Origin: Octopus sinensis
Taxonomy: Eukaryota
NCBI RefSeq assembly: GCF_006345805.1
Contig: NC_043007.1
Coordinates: 3,968,001 to 4,032,000 of the forward strand
Length of the DNA: 64,000 nucleotides
Direction of reading: 5' to 3'
Shown one piece after another: positions 24,682 through 37,993 of this stretch. The first letter of the stretch is position 1. Each line of letters starts with the position of its first letter. The position numbers and the translations under genes were made by a program. The notes beneath the pieces were generated by a model. It ran no database searches and was not told the DNA's origin. It was given only the letters and a program-made list of their open reading frames with translations.

Positions 24682-25678
24682 CTCTAGGTGGTCCTATATA
24701 ATTATTTTCAAAATAGGATACAATTGACTGTGGAATATCATCATCATCTACAAGTTGCACATATCCATCAACATCATCATCAACTGGCAGGAAGGCAAGA
24801 GCAAAAAAAAAAAAACACTACATTTTTAGACTAAAACTATCATCTTTGTGATATCTATATTTTAGTCCTTGCACAACATACTTGTACACATTTTGTACTA
24901 AATGAAACAAGCAGCATGCCAAATTCGACCCAGGAAATGATTCCAGAAATCTATTACAGGCTGCTTTTTCAAAATCCATAATTATCATCAGGTCCCTCAT
25001 TCTGCAGTAATTCATTTATTTCAACAAAAATTCTACTATATGTATCTTGACTTTTGTCAGAGAGCAATGCAAACAATCCTGGGGCATTAAAATTAGCAAT
25101 TTGAATGTGAAGCATATAAAAAAAAAAATCTACCAGAGCAGCACTTAAATGTTCCATTTGCCACCCAGTTCTTGTGCTGTTTTAACCATCGAAGTGCTTC
25201 GTCACTTGCAAATATTAGTATTCATTTTGAATCATCCGTCCCGCTGTCATACAGTAAAACCATTTCATCGTTGTCAGGGTAGGAATATTCACTTGGAATG
25301 GAAAACCCAACATTTGTATGTGGGGTGGCAGGATAGATGAAATCATCTTGCCTCCAACGTCTGATATTCCTATTAAGCTGTGCAAACAGAGGCATTTGTG
25401 ACAATGTACAGTCGTTTAAGTTCTGAACTTCACTAGCAATAATTGAGTGAGGGGCATCACGAGATGAAATAGACTTTACTTTTCGCACCTCCAGTATATC
25501 TTCAATCCATCTGCATTCTACTTTTTGTGTAGATATAATTTTCTTGAACGACCACTTTGATTTTTTTCTTTCTTTAAAGTTATGATCTTGCAGGTAGTCA
25601 TGTTGATGGGTAGACATATTGAATAAATTTACTTTAATTTACTTGAAAATCTTTGTTTGTAAACTGTTCAGTTCGGAT

Positions 25679-25716
<38 letters not shown>

Positions 25717-25985
25717 AGGGGTTGAAGAAAGGTAAAATCTATCTAAAACTGTCCAACAACAATTTTAATTCTAAAGTGATTGTTTTAAACTTACCCTCGA
25801 AAATCATATTAAAGAGTATTTGGGGATGAATTGACCCACGACGAATTGACCTGGGGATGAACTGAACAACAATGAATTGATTGGGGACAAATTAACTGAC
25901 AATGAAATAACTGGGAACAAATTGTTCTTGCACCATATAGTAGTCATGGCGCTACTGTCTGCCATGAAGATTTTATAACGTATCT

Positions 25986-26218
25986 TTAATCCTTTAATAT
26001 TCAGATTATTCTATGAAATGTAATACATTTTTTTATTCACTTTGTTTTGAATTAATCATGAATAACCTTATAGCTTCAAGAATTAAATGTTGTTGTTGTT
26101 TATTTTTTGAATGATCTTGCAGAATAGGTGAGGGGTGGGGGCCGAATTTAAACAGGTTGGATATAAACAGATAGAATATTTTGGCCAGATATGACTGGCT
26201 TAAATGCTAAAAGGTTAA
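25986..26218. mobile_element. Diverged piggyBac-type MITE
   Basis: TTAA-tcctttaatattc ... aaatgctaaaagg-TTAA. Confidence 0.6.
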
Positions 26219-27704
26219 CAAGGTCCCCCATTTTAAACAGTAAGGTTAACATTGACTAACACTCAGTTGCTACCATTAAGCAGACTGGCTACTCTTCAGC
26301 TGACATACGAAAAGTCCCTTTGTTATTTGATACAGTTTAAATGTATATGTGGCTGATCCAAGAATTTCCATAAAAATCTGATTTTCGCAGGAGTTTCTCA
26401 TTATACACAGACAACTTGTGCATCTAGATGTAGAAGCTTCTGTAGAAATCACTTGAAAGTTCTTAATGTCAAAACTGAAAAGGTTATTTATTGTTTAAAT
26501 GAAAACTAGAGCCAGCATCACTTTGCACTCTTACTTATTGAAAAGGTTTGAATCTCCCCTGATCTTTCTATGTATCTAATTCTATATTACCAATTTTGTT
26601 TCCGTATATCTACTCCCTCCTTGTGTCTTTCATCTGATCTTGCTCTATTATTCTTCTCTAGTTATTTCTCTCTTGTCTGCTTTCCTCACCTTAATCTTCA
26701 TTTAGTTACCTTTTTCTCACATACCTTTATCTCTTAAACTCTCTTTCTCCACTTCCTTTCTTTATGTGGCTTTTGAAAGGGATTCTGCATTTTATCTCAC
26801 TAATGGACAGCCCAACTATTGATTAAAAAAAATAAAAGACAGAGATAGCTATATAGGCAGATAGGGTATAGGTGTAGGTCTGACATAAGGGTTTTTAGTA
26901 TCTATTTCTAGTTGAATTAAAGTCAAAAATAAATTCAATTGTTGTCAAAAGTTACAATAGCACATGTTTTTTATTCCAGTAATTAAGTTGGGACATGTGC
27001 AAAATTATCACCTTCATTAGAGATATTGACAACTATACAATATTTAAGATCCTAGAAGTAATTAAACTGGTGTGATTTTATTATACCTTTTAAAAATTCC
27101 TTTCCTGATGTTCTTAATGACTTTGTGCAAGTACACCTGTCTCATGCAGCTTCTGGTTGTACTTTACTGCCAGATGCTCTTCATGAAACCAACCTGCTTT
27201 TACCCACTTCTTATGACAAATAAGCACATGATACACCTTTCCTAAAAACCAGGACATGTTTCATATTATGTGTGTGTAATCATAAAGATATACACATACA
27301 ACAATATCAATGAATAAAACAGTTTTCTGTGTGTGTGGATATGTATGAAATAAGTAAAGGTTACACAACTGATCAATAAGTTGATGGGTGATGTCTAGCA
27401 CTGTGTTGTCTTTGTGGACACACACCTAAATCTTAGATGGCCATTCTACTTCCTTCTTTAAATAGGTACTGCAAAGTGAAACAACTTAACATGAAATTGT
27501 CTTCAAATTTATATATATATATGTTCTGAACTAGCATTTATCACACTTTGGGCAAGGTCTACTTCTTTTATTCATGTGATCAAGTTGTTGCTCCAGCTGA
27601 GCAATATCTCAATCATTCCATCTGGTTTGGAGACTTCTTACTGTCTTCAACTCGTCCAACCCGTGCTAGCATGGAAAGCGGACATTAAATGATGATGATG
27701 ATGA

Positions 27705-27749
<45 letters not shown>

Positions 27750-28079
27750 AATATATATATGCATAATTCCTTGCGTGTGTGTGTCTACATGTATGTTTGT
27801 CAGTGTGAATGTTTACATTCTGCACTTAAATGATAAAAAACATGCTGAGCTACATGCAATGAAGTTGTAATTTTCTGTAAACAGACCAGCCACTAGCTCT
27901 GCACTATTAAAGACAAGAGTAATAATGAAAACAATCCTTTCTTTGAAAAACATGCAAAATTTAGTGGCACGAAGTGCATCTAGCTTTGAAATGATTTCCA
28001 ATAAAATGTATTCAACTAACGCAATCTTAGATGGAAAAAATGGATATAAAATAAAAGAATATATAATATATATATGGAG

Positions 28080-28271
28080 ACTTCTTTCCAACAGTGTTTC
28101 CTTGTTTTCATAGGATTGATAGCTTTTGACAAATTTTAAAATTTGCAATTTGCTTCAGGAAGCGTTTTTGTCTTTATTTATAACTGGATGCCCTTTCTGC
28201 TGCTAATTTCTCACCTCTGAAGTGTGTTTTAGTAGACTATGGCAAGCAGAGTTATCAGCTTTTTACAAAGC

Positions 28272-28274
<3 letters not shown>
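28080..28274 (+). repeat. About 195-bp direct duplication, copy 1
   Basis: Aligns by eye with 29391-29585 (acttctttccaa...gtagactatggcaagcagagttatcagcttttt). Confidence 0.85.
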
Positions 28275-28314
<40 letters not shown>

Positions 28315-28315
<1 letters not shown>

Positions 28316-28535
28316 AACCGATCGTGACTGTTTGCCAGCCTCCTCTGGCCCCTGTGCTGGTGGAATATAAAAAGTACCCACTGCACTCACAGAGTGGTTG
28401 GCGTTAGGAAGGGCATCCAGTTGTAGAAACACTGCCACATCCAACTGGAGCCTGGCGCAGCCTCCTGGCTTCCCAGATCCCAGTTGAACCGTCCAACCCA
28501 TGACAGCATTGAAAACGGACGTTAAATGATGATGA

Positions 28536-28540
<5 letters not shown>
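28315..28540 (+). mobile_element. RTE 3' end within (AT)n
   Basis: gagtggttggcgttaggaagggcatccagttgtagaaac...gatgatgat. Confidence 0.85.
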
Positions 28541-28602
<62 letters not shown>

Positions 28603-28638
28603 CTTGTACATCTACAAAATTTATTTACAGCATATTAC

Positions 28639-28732
28639 AATGACCTACACGTGTTTCCACTGCACCGACTACTCACTGTAGCAGATGATGCAACCTTGCA
28701 TTATTGTCGGTGCAGTTTCATCAGGGTCCATC
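28639..28732 (-). ncRNA. Type I hammerhead ribozyme motif with long stem II
   Basis: GACC-CUGAUGA-A-ACUGCACCGAC(36 nt)GUCGGUGCAGU-G-GAAAC-ACGU-GUA^GGUC; perfect 11-bp stem II and palindromic loop III. Confidence 0.8.
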
Positions 28733-29390
28733 CATTTTGTTTTCTTTGAAGTGAATATTGCTATATACACTCGGTAGCCTTTACAGTCCAGCGTGTGACA
28801 TGGAATTACCCAATGGATGAATTCCCTGAGTGACTAACAAATAATTGTAGACACAAACATTGGATACTAACCATTGTTGTTAGCCAGCATCTGGAATCCG
28901 ACTGAGAACTAACATGGTCCCTGCCCAGATAATACATCCCTCCAAAATGAATTATATATGAAGTAAATCTTAGTAATTAATTACATCTTAATTTTTTTTT
29001 ATAAAGAAAAACTTTAAATTGTAAAATTCCGTTTTTTGTAGTATATTGTTTATGGGTGAATCAAATGTCAGCCTATACCTTGGTGGTTGTTCCTGAAGAA
29101 ATTAAATGTCAAAAGTCTGGCCTTTAGTTGCCAGAATTCCAAATACTATGATTTCCATTATTTCTGTACTATTAACAGAAATTAACAAATTAGTAGTGAA
29201 GTGTTGTAAAACTATCTTGTATAAGTTCAAATTCTAATATATGTGCAATGACATTAAAGATATTTTACAAGCGCAATGAAGTAGGAGAAACATATGACAG
29301 TGCATACACTCTCACAAACTGTCAAATAGTTGCAGATTCATAAATTCATTCTTCTATTCTGTTTATTATTATTATTATTTTTTTTTTTTC

Positions 29391-29585
29391 ACTTCTTTCC
29401 AATAGTGTTTTTTGTTTTCATGGGATTAGTAGTCTTTGACAAATTTTAGTATTTACAATTTGCTCCAGGAAGTGCTTTTGTCTTTATTTATAACTGGATG
29501 CCTTTTCTGTTGCTGATTTCTCACCTCTGAAGTGTGTTTCAGTAGACTATGGCAAGCAGAGTTATCAGCTTTTTTCAAAGCCACA
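29391..29585 (+). repeat. About 195-bp direct duplication, copy 2
   Basis: See 28080-28274. Confidence 0.85.
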
Positions 29586-29669
29586 AAGCTAGGTGTAAAT
29601 CAGTAAGGTTTGAAATAATGATCATCTTGTTAGTATTTGAGTTCATAAAAGATATTGTCAAATGACATT

Positions 29670-29712
<43 letters not shown>

Positions 29713-29714
29713 CT

Positions 29715-29976
29715 TTATGCTGTGCTTGACAAGAAGACCCCCATCAAGCTGAGCAAAATTGCAGTCGTGGCAGATACTGGTGTCATGCAAATGGCACCCA
29801 TGCCAGGGGTACATAAAAGCACCCATTATACTCTCAGAGTGGTTGGCATTTGGAAGGGCATGCAACCATAGAAAACCATGCCAAACCAGACTGGAGTCTG
29901 GTGCAGCCCTGGACAAACCGTCCAACCCATGCCTGAATGGACAACAGATGTGAAATGATGATGATGGTGATGACGA

Positions 29977-29980
<4 letters not shown>
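29715..29980 (+). mobile_element. RTE 3' end within (AT)n
   Basis: tgctgtgcttgacaagaagacc (ORF end) through cataaaagcaccc...gatgatg. Confidence 0.8.
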
Positions 29981-30011
<31 letters not shown>

Positions 30012-31016
30012 TAAATACACACTCTGATATATATACCTGTACATAAACAAATGAAAAGAATTAATGAAAGAAAAACCATTGGGGTGTTTTCATTTTTCGA
30101 TTCTTCCAAATTATTGTGAAACCCGATCTGTTTTTAGATGAAGTATCTTCATTTTTGTATTTACCGTAACCATAGATCTGAAGCCGTATAAGCTCCATTA
30201 ATTTAACAAGCTTAAGTAGAACATTAACTATCAAAAATGTTTAAAATGGTAAAAATCAGTTTATATGGAAATACACATTCAGATATGCTCAACTTTGGTC
30301 TGTTGGGCTCCTGTGTGAATGCTTTCATCATCAGTCAGATCCTTATAAGGGCTTGAATTTGGGTAATGAAGTTAATGAAATAATCATTAATTATATAGTG
30401 CTCTTGCTCTTTATAACAAAGATTGAGCTTCATTTGGTTACTGAAGTACAGCCAGCTGAATTAAGCCAACGATCGTTTGGTGTCGTAAGCACAAACACAG
30501 TTCAAAGATGATGACAGAATATAAACCATAAGCCATCAGCTCTTTGGACAACAGTTTGATTCTTTCATAGATTTGACCAGTTGCTGTTCTTATGTCTACT
30601 AAATAGCACCGACATATGCATTCACACACACACACACACATATATATATATTTGAGAAAATAATGTTGTACTTGCAACTTTTCATTTTGCTATTAAGATA
30701 TTACATCCTTTAAACCCCCGTAGCAAATCATTTTCCATTCTCCTCCTCATACACACACATCATTGCTGTTATTGTCATCATTCATTTCCATGTTGGCATG
30801 CATTGGATGGATGGTCACTGTCCATAATTGCCAGTCAAAGACATAATAAGTTAAAACTTCAAAGCTCCACTCTAGCAACAGTCCAATGTGTGAAACCAGT
30901 AAAATAATATTATCATTGTGACTGTCAAAGAATTAATTAAGGTTTAGGCAACTGAGTTTAACTTTATCCCTGATTCCACATATGGAGGTACAAGTGGCTG
31001 AAACAGCTGGCAGATA

Positions 31017-31244
31017 CTCTTTTACTCTTTTCAGTCATTTGACTACGGCCATGCTGGAGCACCACCTTTAGTCGAAGAAATCGACACCAGGACTTATTCT
31101 TTGTAAGCCTAGCACTTATTCTATCAGTCTCTTATGCCAAACCGCTAAATTTCGAGTGACATAAATACACGAACATCAGTTGTCAAGTGATGGTAGGGGG
31201 ACAAACGCAGACACAAAGACATATACACACACACGCATGCATGT

Positions 31245-31288
<44 letters not shown>

Positions 31289-31487
31289 ACACACACATAC
31301 ACACACATATATACATATATACATGACAGGCTTCTTTCAGTTTCCATCTACCAAATCCACTAACAAGGCTTTGGTCAGCCAGAGGCTATAGTAGAAGACA
31401 CTTGCCCAAGGTGCCACACAGTGGGATTGAACTCAGAACCATGTGGCTGGGAAGCAAGCTTCTTACCACTCAGCCATGTTGGCACCT
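31017..31487 (-). mobile_element. Type B tRNA/CORE SINE, near full length
   Basis: Reverse complement of the 44868-45278 structure, with an expanded internal (CA)n. Confidence 0.85.
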
Positions 31488-32906
31488 GTATACCACCTTA
31501 ACTTTTATGTTGTTATTTGTATTCAGTGTCTGTTAATTGAGAAATTACTAAGTTATTAGTAATCAAATTTCTGTTAAATAAATGTGCAGGCTCACTTCTT
31601 CTATGCTTACTAGTTTGTTCTAATCTCACCTGAATCTTTATTGAAGTTACTATGTAGATATTTGTTATGTAAGCAAGTGCAATATTGATTGTGAAGTGTA
31701 TAATCCTAAACCATGTCTCTCAGGAATTTTTGCTGTTTTGAGGGAATACAGTTTTAAAGGTGAAATATTAGTTAGCATACAACGAGCCAAGTTTGCCACT
31801 CCATTTTGTTTTACATTATTGCCACTTCACTTCCGTTCCACCGATAATACAGTTGGGTAAGTTATAAGTGTCATAACTTACCATTTCTCTTATAGATATT
31901 AAGTAATGTTCCACTGTAAGAAATCTTCATTAATATCATTATGGTATAGGCAAGAGTGGTGTAGACTTCAAAGATAATAGCAGGCTGAATTCAATGCATT
32001 ACTGCAAAGGCTTCTGAATTGAGAACCACTTTTTCCCCAGGAGGCATCAGGATTGATCAGGGACTGCATATATTATAACACCTTTGAAATTCCCTGTTTC
32101 ATATTCTGTAGTGTTGTGTGACCCTTTATTCTATGTACTGCAAGTGGGCAGAGAACACTGGGATTGAAAGGCAGAGCCAGTGGGAAGTGGAAATCATTGA
32201 GTTACATTATTTAGCTTCCTCCATCTGAGTTCAGAGTTCAGTTCTTACCATTGTCAACTTTGCCTTTTATTCTCCAAGACCAGTAATATACTGGAATTGA
32301 TTCAATCTGCCAAGCCATTCTTTTACAATATTTGACTTTGTGCTTCAATGAGAAATCATTTATTGTGATAAAAGCTTTAGTATAAGGGATTAACAGTGAG
32401 TCTGGTTGGATGCTCTTTCAGTAATTAGTTCAGTGCCTCCAACTTCAAACAAAATATTTCACAACTGCAAAATATCAAACAAATCTCATGACAGTTCAAC
32501 ATTAGACAGAATAACTGAGAACTGTGAAGCTGCAAATAAAATATTTGATAAAAATCAAAATTTTACTATATATTATATATTACAATAAATGTTAAAAAAA
32601 TGTTTTAGTTCTCTAAAAAAAAATTTTAATTTTTCAATGATAAAAATATATCCAAGATATTTTGTAAAAGTAAAACAATAAAAGAAAATATTGCATGACT
32701 GCAAAAGATAAAGTTATTAAATGTATTTTGGCAGTCTACAGAAATAAAAAAATGTTTGAATACAAAGCTAATTATATCCATATAACATTGCTTGAACTGC
32801 AATAACAATTTAGGAAAACCTGTGTTTTAATATTGTCTTAAATTAATGGCAAGTGGAAGAAGTTAAAGATACTTCACTGCATTTCATAGGCATAGATGCG
32901 AAATCT

Positions 32907-33134
32907 TATTTCTTTACTACCCACAAGGGGCTACACACAGAGGGGACAAATAAGGACAGACAAAGGGGTTAAGTTGATTACATCGACCCCAGTGCATAGC
33001 TATAACTTAATTTATCGACCCCGAAAGGATGGAAGGCAAAGTCAACCCTGGCGGAATTTGAACCGAGAATGTAACGGCAGACGAAATATCGCTAAGCATT
33101 TTGCCCGGTGTGCTAACGTTTCTTCCAGCTCACC
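32907..33134 (-). mobile_element. Type A tRNA SINE with alternative tail
   Basis: tttatcgaccccgaaaggatggaaggcaaagtcaacc...gaatttgaacc; 13-bp TSD agatgcgaa(a/g)tct at 32894-32906 and 33135-33147. Confidence 0.85.
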
Positions 33135-34215
33135 AGATGCGAAGTCTATGGCCGGATTATCTCCAAGCAGGCTTCCCAAGTAATCTTGTCTCTTACAAGT
33201 ATTGTCTATGTCTACCTTTCATTATATAGATTAAAAGATTGTTAAACAGTTAAAGAAGCAATACGTTTTTTTTTCGGCTTAATGGATGGGAAGGACATCC
33301 ATTTGTAGAACCATCAACTCAAATCCTACCAAAGCAAGAAATTCCTCAAGTGTTAATGTAACCAACATAGTTGCCTATAACAATCAGATCAAACAAAACC
33401 AGCAATGAAGCATTCAAGCCCAATATATTTTACTTCATAGTTAATATTTTTATTTAGCCTAATGTTGGCAGTAATTGTATAATGTTATGACCAAAGATTT
33501 TCTAGCTGAGACCATCATATCTAAGACTGCATTATCCAATATGTCCTATATTTTTTGAAAATATTGTGTGATTTGAGGGAGGTTTGGCCTTTATTTTTCA
33601 TAGCTTGAGTAACTATGTAGATTGCACAAGATGGAGATGTATAATAAGGCTGTTATATTGCAAACCAATCCAAAATATGCCAGCATAATAAACTAATCCA
33701 ATACAAGCCAGCATGATAAAACAAATGTGAATAGGATAATGATTATACTTTTAGTTATCAACATTGATTGTTACTGTCATGTATAAACAATTTGGGCGTA
33801 GATTCAGCTTGTTCTGTAATGGATTTAGTTGTGTATCAATGCAGGCAACTTGGAAACCTTACATTTATATGAAAAGGAATTCTCTGTAAGTTAGAATAAC
33901 TGTTAATTTATAAATTCATAAATGATACATATGGTTTTAATACTTTAGCACACATCCTGTGCCATGTGGCATTAAGCTTTGGTTTGCTGTTTGTTATTAA
34001 CTGAGGCATGAAAATTCAAAATTATCATTTACTATTTTCCCTTGTTTTCATTCAATCCTTGTTTATTTGTTATTTGAATATATTTTTTTCAAAATAAGCA
34101 CTGTCTGATTTAATCAAATTAAATTTTTTATGAAGTGAATGCCAGAGTAATATCATTGTAACCGTATTCATTCAAATATTGTTAATTGATACAACACACA
34201 AACACAAAGTGCATG

Positions 34216-34267
<52 letters not shown>

Positions 34268-34849
34268 AAAACGAACACAAATGAAATCGAAATTGATAAA
34301 ATGTATTGTTTTTTTCTTTTTATATAACATAATTATTAGTTTTATTATTATGGTTGTTTTGTCATATTGTTATCTGTGTTTTAAGCACTGCTACTCCATC
34401 CTCCAGTTCTTGGTGAAAAAAATGTAAAAGAAATTAGAATAAAATAGTGCAAAGAAGAAATTGAAAACAGTTCCCAGAAGATAACATCCATTTGTCATAA
34501 AATAGTTGAATATTTCATGGTGATGTTTTTATCAAAAAGGGAAAAAATAAAAGACAAAAACAAAACCCAACAACTCAAAAACAATTATTACAAAATATAA
34601 AGAAAACTTATTTTCTGACTTTACACTGGGAATTCAGGGAATATTTTAGCAACAGATAAACTGTCTAAGTTTCCTGTTCAGTGAGTTTGCTGGAACTAAA
34701 ATGGGAAAATGAAATTAACAACAGAGAAATTACATTGTTCAAAAAGTATATAAAATATGCCAATAATCTAATATCCAAGCAGTAGCCTAGTTATTGTGAG
34801 TGAAAGTTTTTCGACATTGACAGTGTTTAACTATTTGTGATTATTGTTA

Positions 34850-35195
34850 CCCGGCTGGGAAACTGGGAGTTTGACTAAATCTTTCTAAAGCAGTACAAAT
34901 AATCGTTAATACATGGTTATGTCAGATTTTTACCAATTATGTATTCATAAAGATATTTCGTTATATTGAATTACAGTTGAGGAGTAACGAGATAGCAGTG
35001 GTTATTTTCATTAAGAGAAGTCAGCAGTGGATTGATCATATCTTGAGGAGGGTCCATTAATTGTATTATTTGATAAGAGGAATAAACTAGAGTAAAACTG
35101 AGAGATATGTATTTATGGAAAATAATGATTTAGATGCCAAGTAATGGGTAAAAGCTGGGTGCTGGTAGAAAAATAGGGTTTTGACAGATCAACTT
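34850..35195 (+). mobile_element. Old RTE-clade LINE C-terminal relic
   Basis: GWETGSLTK and KRSQQWIDHILRR resemble YGxETWxLTK and RRxxWIGHxLR. Confidence 0.45.
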
Positions 35196-35759
35196 GAGAG
35201 AGAGAGAGAGCTAAAGTGTGAAGAATGCCAAAAAGCAAACTTACTTTTAAGATAAAGTGAAGTGTCCATGACCTGATTTTGATTTCATATAAATATTTTA
35301 TAACTGATGCCCTTGAGAAAATCTTGACTGTCAGAAAATTTGACTCTGTGTGTGTGTGTGATTAAAAGAACATTTGTGTATAGTATGTATTTTGTATGTG
35401 ATCACTTTCATTCTTTAACTTTTCAAACAAATGGTCTAGCCTAGTGCTTATAGAGGAAGTTGTTTTTAGTAATGATATTTCATTTCAGATTTAGAATTCT
35501 TATCAAATATTTTTCTTTTTCCTTTTGTAATCAATAATTTACATCTTTTATTTTGTAAAAGAAGAATATTTAAAATTTTCCATTTGCATAGATGTCTGGA
35601 TGTTTACTATATGGAATATTTCTAAGAGATGAATCTTTAATATATTATTTATGGTCATTTACATAGCTGGTTAGTTTTGTTCCTGTTTCCCCAATGTAAT
35701 TCTCATAGCATTGTGGACATGTAATGCAGTAGATAAGATTTTTTTTTTTCGTTTTACAA

Positions 35760-37595
35760 TTCATGTTTTCATTCGCTTTCAATTCATTCCCATTCTTGTT
35801 CAATTGTCTCACATGTTCCGCAATGAATGTCTCTACAATTTGTTACCTGAATTACTTCTTTCTCTAATGTGAATCTCACCTTTGTTAAGAGTCTCTTGAG
35901 ATTTGATGGTTCTCTTCAATGTTTTTTGATTTGTGATTTCTCAATCATTTATAAGAGATTTGAGAATTGATGTAGAATGGGGAGGCATCATTTGGTTGAA
36001 TGTTGTGGTTCCTAGGATTTTGGGTGACTGCTAATGAAATATCAATATTTGTATATCTTTTTTCACCCTCAGTGTGAGTGCTTCTCTGTAAAGCAGATTT
36101 CTTTTGCTTTGGTTATGGCGTGATTTATTAGCTTTTGTGGGTATTTCTGATTTATTAGCTTTTGTGGGTATTTCTGATTTATTAGCTTTTGTGGGTATTT
36201 CTGATTTTGAAAGACCATATTTAGTTTTACCAATCGTTTCTTTCCTCTTTTTGTAACTGTAATTATCGAGCATTTACATCTTACCATATTGAATAGTATG
36301 TTCCTTTTTGTATAGGAAGGGTGGCAAGATCTAAAATCTAAGTATTAGCATTTGTCTGTGTTCTTTCAGTAGAGATTGATAGTATCTGTCCCATTTTCTT
36401 TAATGATTAAAATTCCCAGAAAGAGACGTTCCATTTCATTCATTTCCATAGTGAACTACATTGATTGATGAATACTGTTTATTAATTTAAGGAATCTTGT
36501 ATAGTCCTCCTTACTTTTGTTCCAAAATATGAAGCAGTCATTCAAGTATCTTTGCCAGCTACCTGTTAAATAGATTTGGAAATGATGATCAAAAGTAATT
36601 CTACAGGGTATAGATTATTTCTTCTAGATATCCCATTACTTGTGTTGCAAACATTGGTGTGACTTTTGTCACCATTGCTGTGCCTTGTGTTTGTACATAA
36701 TATTGGTTGTGAAAGTCGTTGTTTTCCAGTGCTATCCATAATCCCTCAAGTGTAAACTCTTTTGGGAATCTCTCCTGTGGATATTTGTCTGCCTAGAATT
36801 CTACTGCTTCTAATACATATGAAGAATATTTGTGTAGAGATTGGTTATGTCAAAGCTAACTAGGGTTGTATCTTTATCGACTCTTTCTGGAATATAGTTC
36901 AGGAGGGCTATGTCATCTCTGATGAAACTAGAAGCCAATTTGCACAAAGGTTTCAAAATTGTTGGGTGTTAAATTCTGGTCCCACAATTGGGTGTAATTT
37001 TAGATCAGATGGTTTGAGAATCTTTACATATGGTATATGGAGGTCCTTTTAGTTATTTCGATTTCTTTATATGTAAGAATTTTTGAGGTAACCCAGCTAC
37101 TTTTTTGTTGAGCCAGTTTTTAATTTGTTTTTTACTCATTGTTCATATATCTGCATTGATTTCTGATTTCTTTGTGGAAAAGTTGGTCATGTAGTTGTTC
37201 TAAGGCCATTTCCTTATAATGGATCTTGTCCATTATTTCAATGGCTCCTCCTTTATCAACTTCTTTAATGATTATGGAGAAATCTTTCTGTAGACATTCT
37301 GATACTTTTTGTTCTTCATTTGTAAAGTTTGATTTTATATGATTTGTTGAACTGTTTCAGTTTGCAGACTTTTTTCGGATACAGTATATATTCCTCTAAG
37401 TGTTTATTCCTGTTTGTCAGAGGTTTAAATCCTGTTTTGTTTTTCACAAGTGATGGATCTTAGTCATGCTGGTTTTGGAAGAATTCTTGTAGATGTTTTC
37501 TTCGAACTTTCTCAGTATTTTTTATAAGAACTGTCATAGCAAGATTAGGAGTTGGTGTGAATTTGAGTCCATATTCCAAAAGTTTCATTTTGTTT
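35760..37595 (-). mobile_element. Penelope-like element, decayed RT ORF
   Basis: LLEYGLKFTPTP, IIIKEVDKGGAIEIMD, YVQTQGTAMVTKVTPMFATQVMGYLE, WQRYLNDCFIFW (YxDD motif), YLDFRSCHP. Confidence 0.9.
36121..36207. repeat. Perfect 27-bp tandem triplication
   Basis: tgatttattagcttttgtgggtatttc x3 plus tgattt. Confidence 0.95.
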
Positions 37596-37597
37596 TC

Positions 37598-37993
37598 CCT
37601 GAGTGAAATCATAGTCATGGCCGATGCCAGTGCCATCTGACTGGTACCCATGTCGATAGCACATAAAAAACACCTTTTGCATGTTGGGCTTCATGGAAGC
37701 AGTGACAGGTGACCAAGATCCTAGGTGATATACTGTGCTTATGTTGACCTTTCAAGCCAAGTGAGACTGTAGTTGTGGCCAATGCCAGTGTCAGGTCAAT
37801 GGCACCCCTGTTGGTGGCATGTAAAAATCACCCACTACACTCTTGGAGTAGTTGGTGTTGGGAAGGGCATCAAGCCATAGAAACCTTGCCAAATCAGACT
37901 GGAACCTGGTGCAGCCCCCTGGTTTACCATTTTTCAGTCAAACCATCCAACCCATGCCAGCATGGAAAGCGGACGTTAAATGATGATGATGAT
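37598..37993 (+). mobile_element. RTE 3' region with (GAT)n tail
   Basis: UTR modules, an ORF-end remnant and ccaacccatgccagcatggaaagcggacgttaaatgatgatgat. Confidence 0.8.

Larger units (their letters stand above)
23828..25934 (-). mobile_element. MULE (Mutator-like) DNA transposon with decayed transposase
   Basis: About 110-bp TIRs built of roughly 15-bp subrepeats; 9-bp TSD atatagaag (23819-23827) / atatagtag (25935-25943); DFEKAA...FPGSNLACCLFHLVQ...GLKYRY, FALLSDKSQDTY, YFENNYIG and WNVW...RTTN motifs. Confidence 0.9.
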
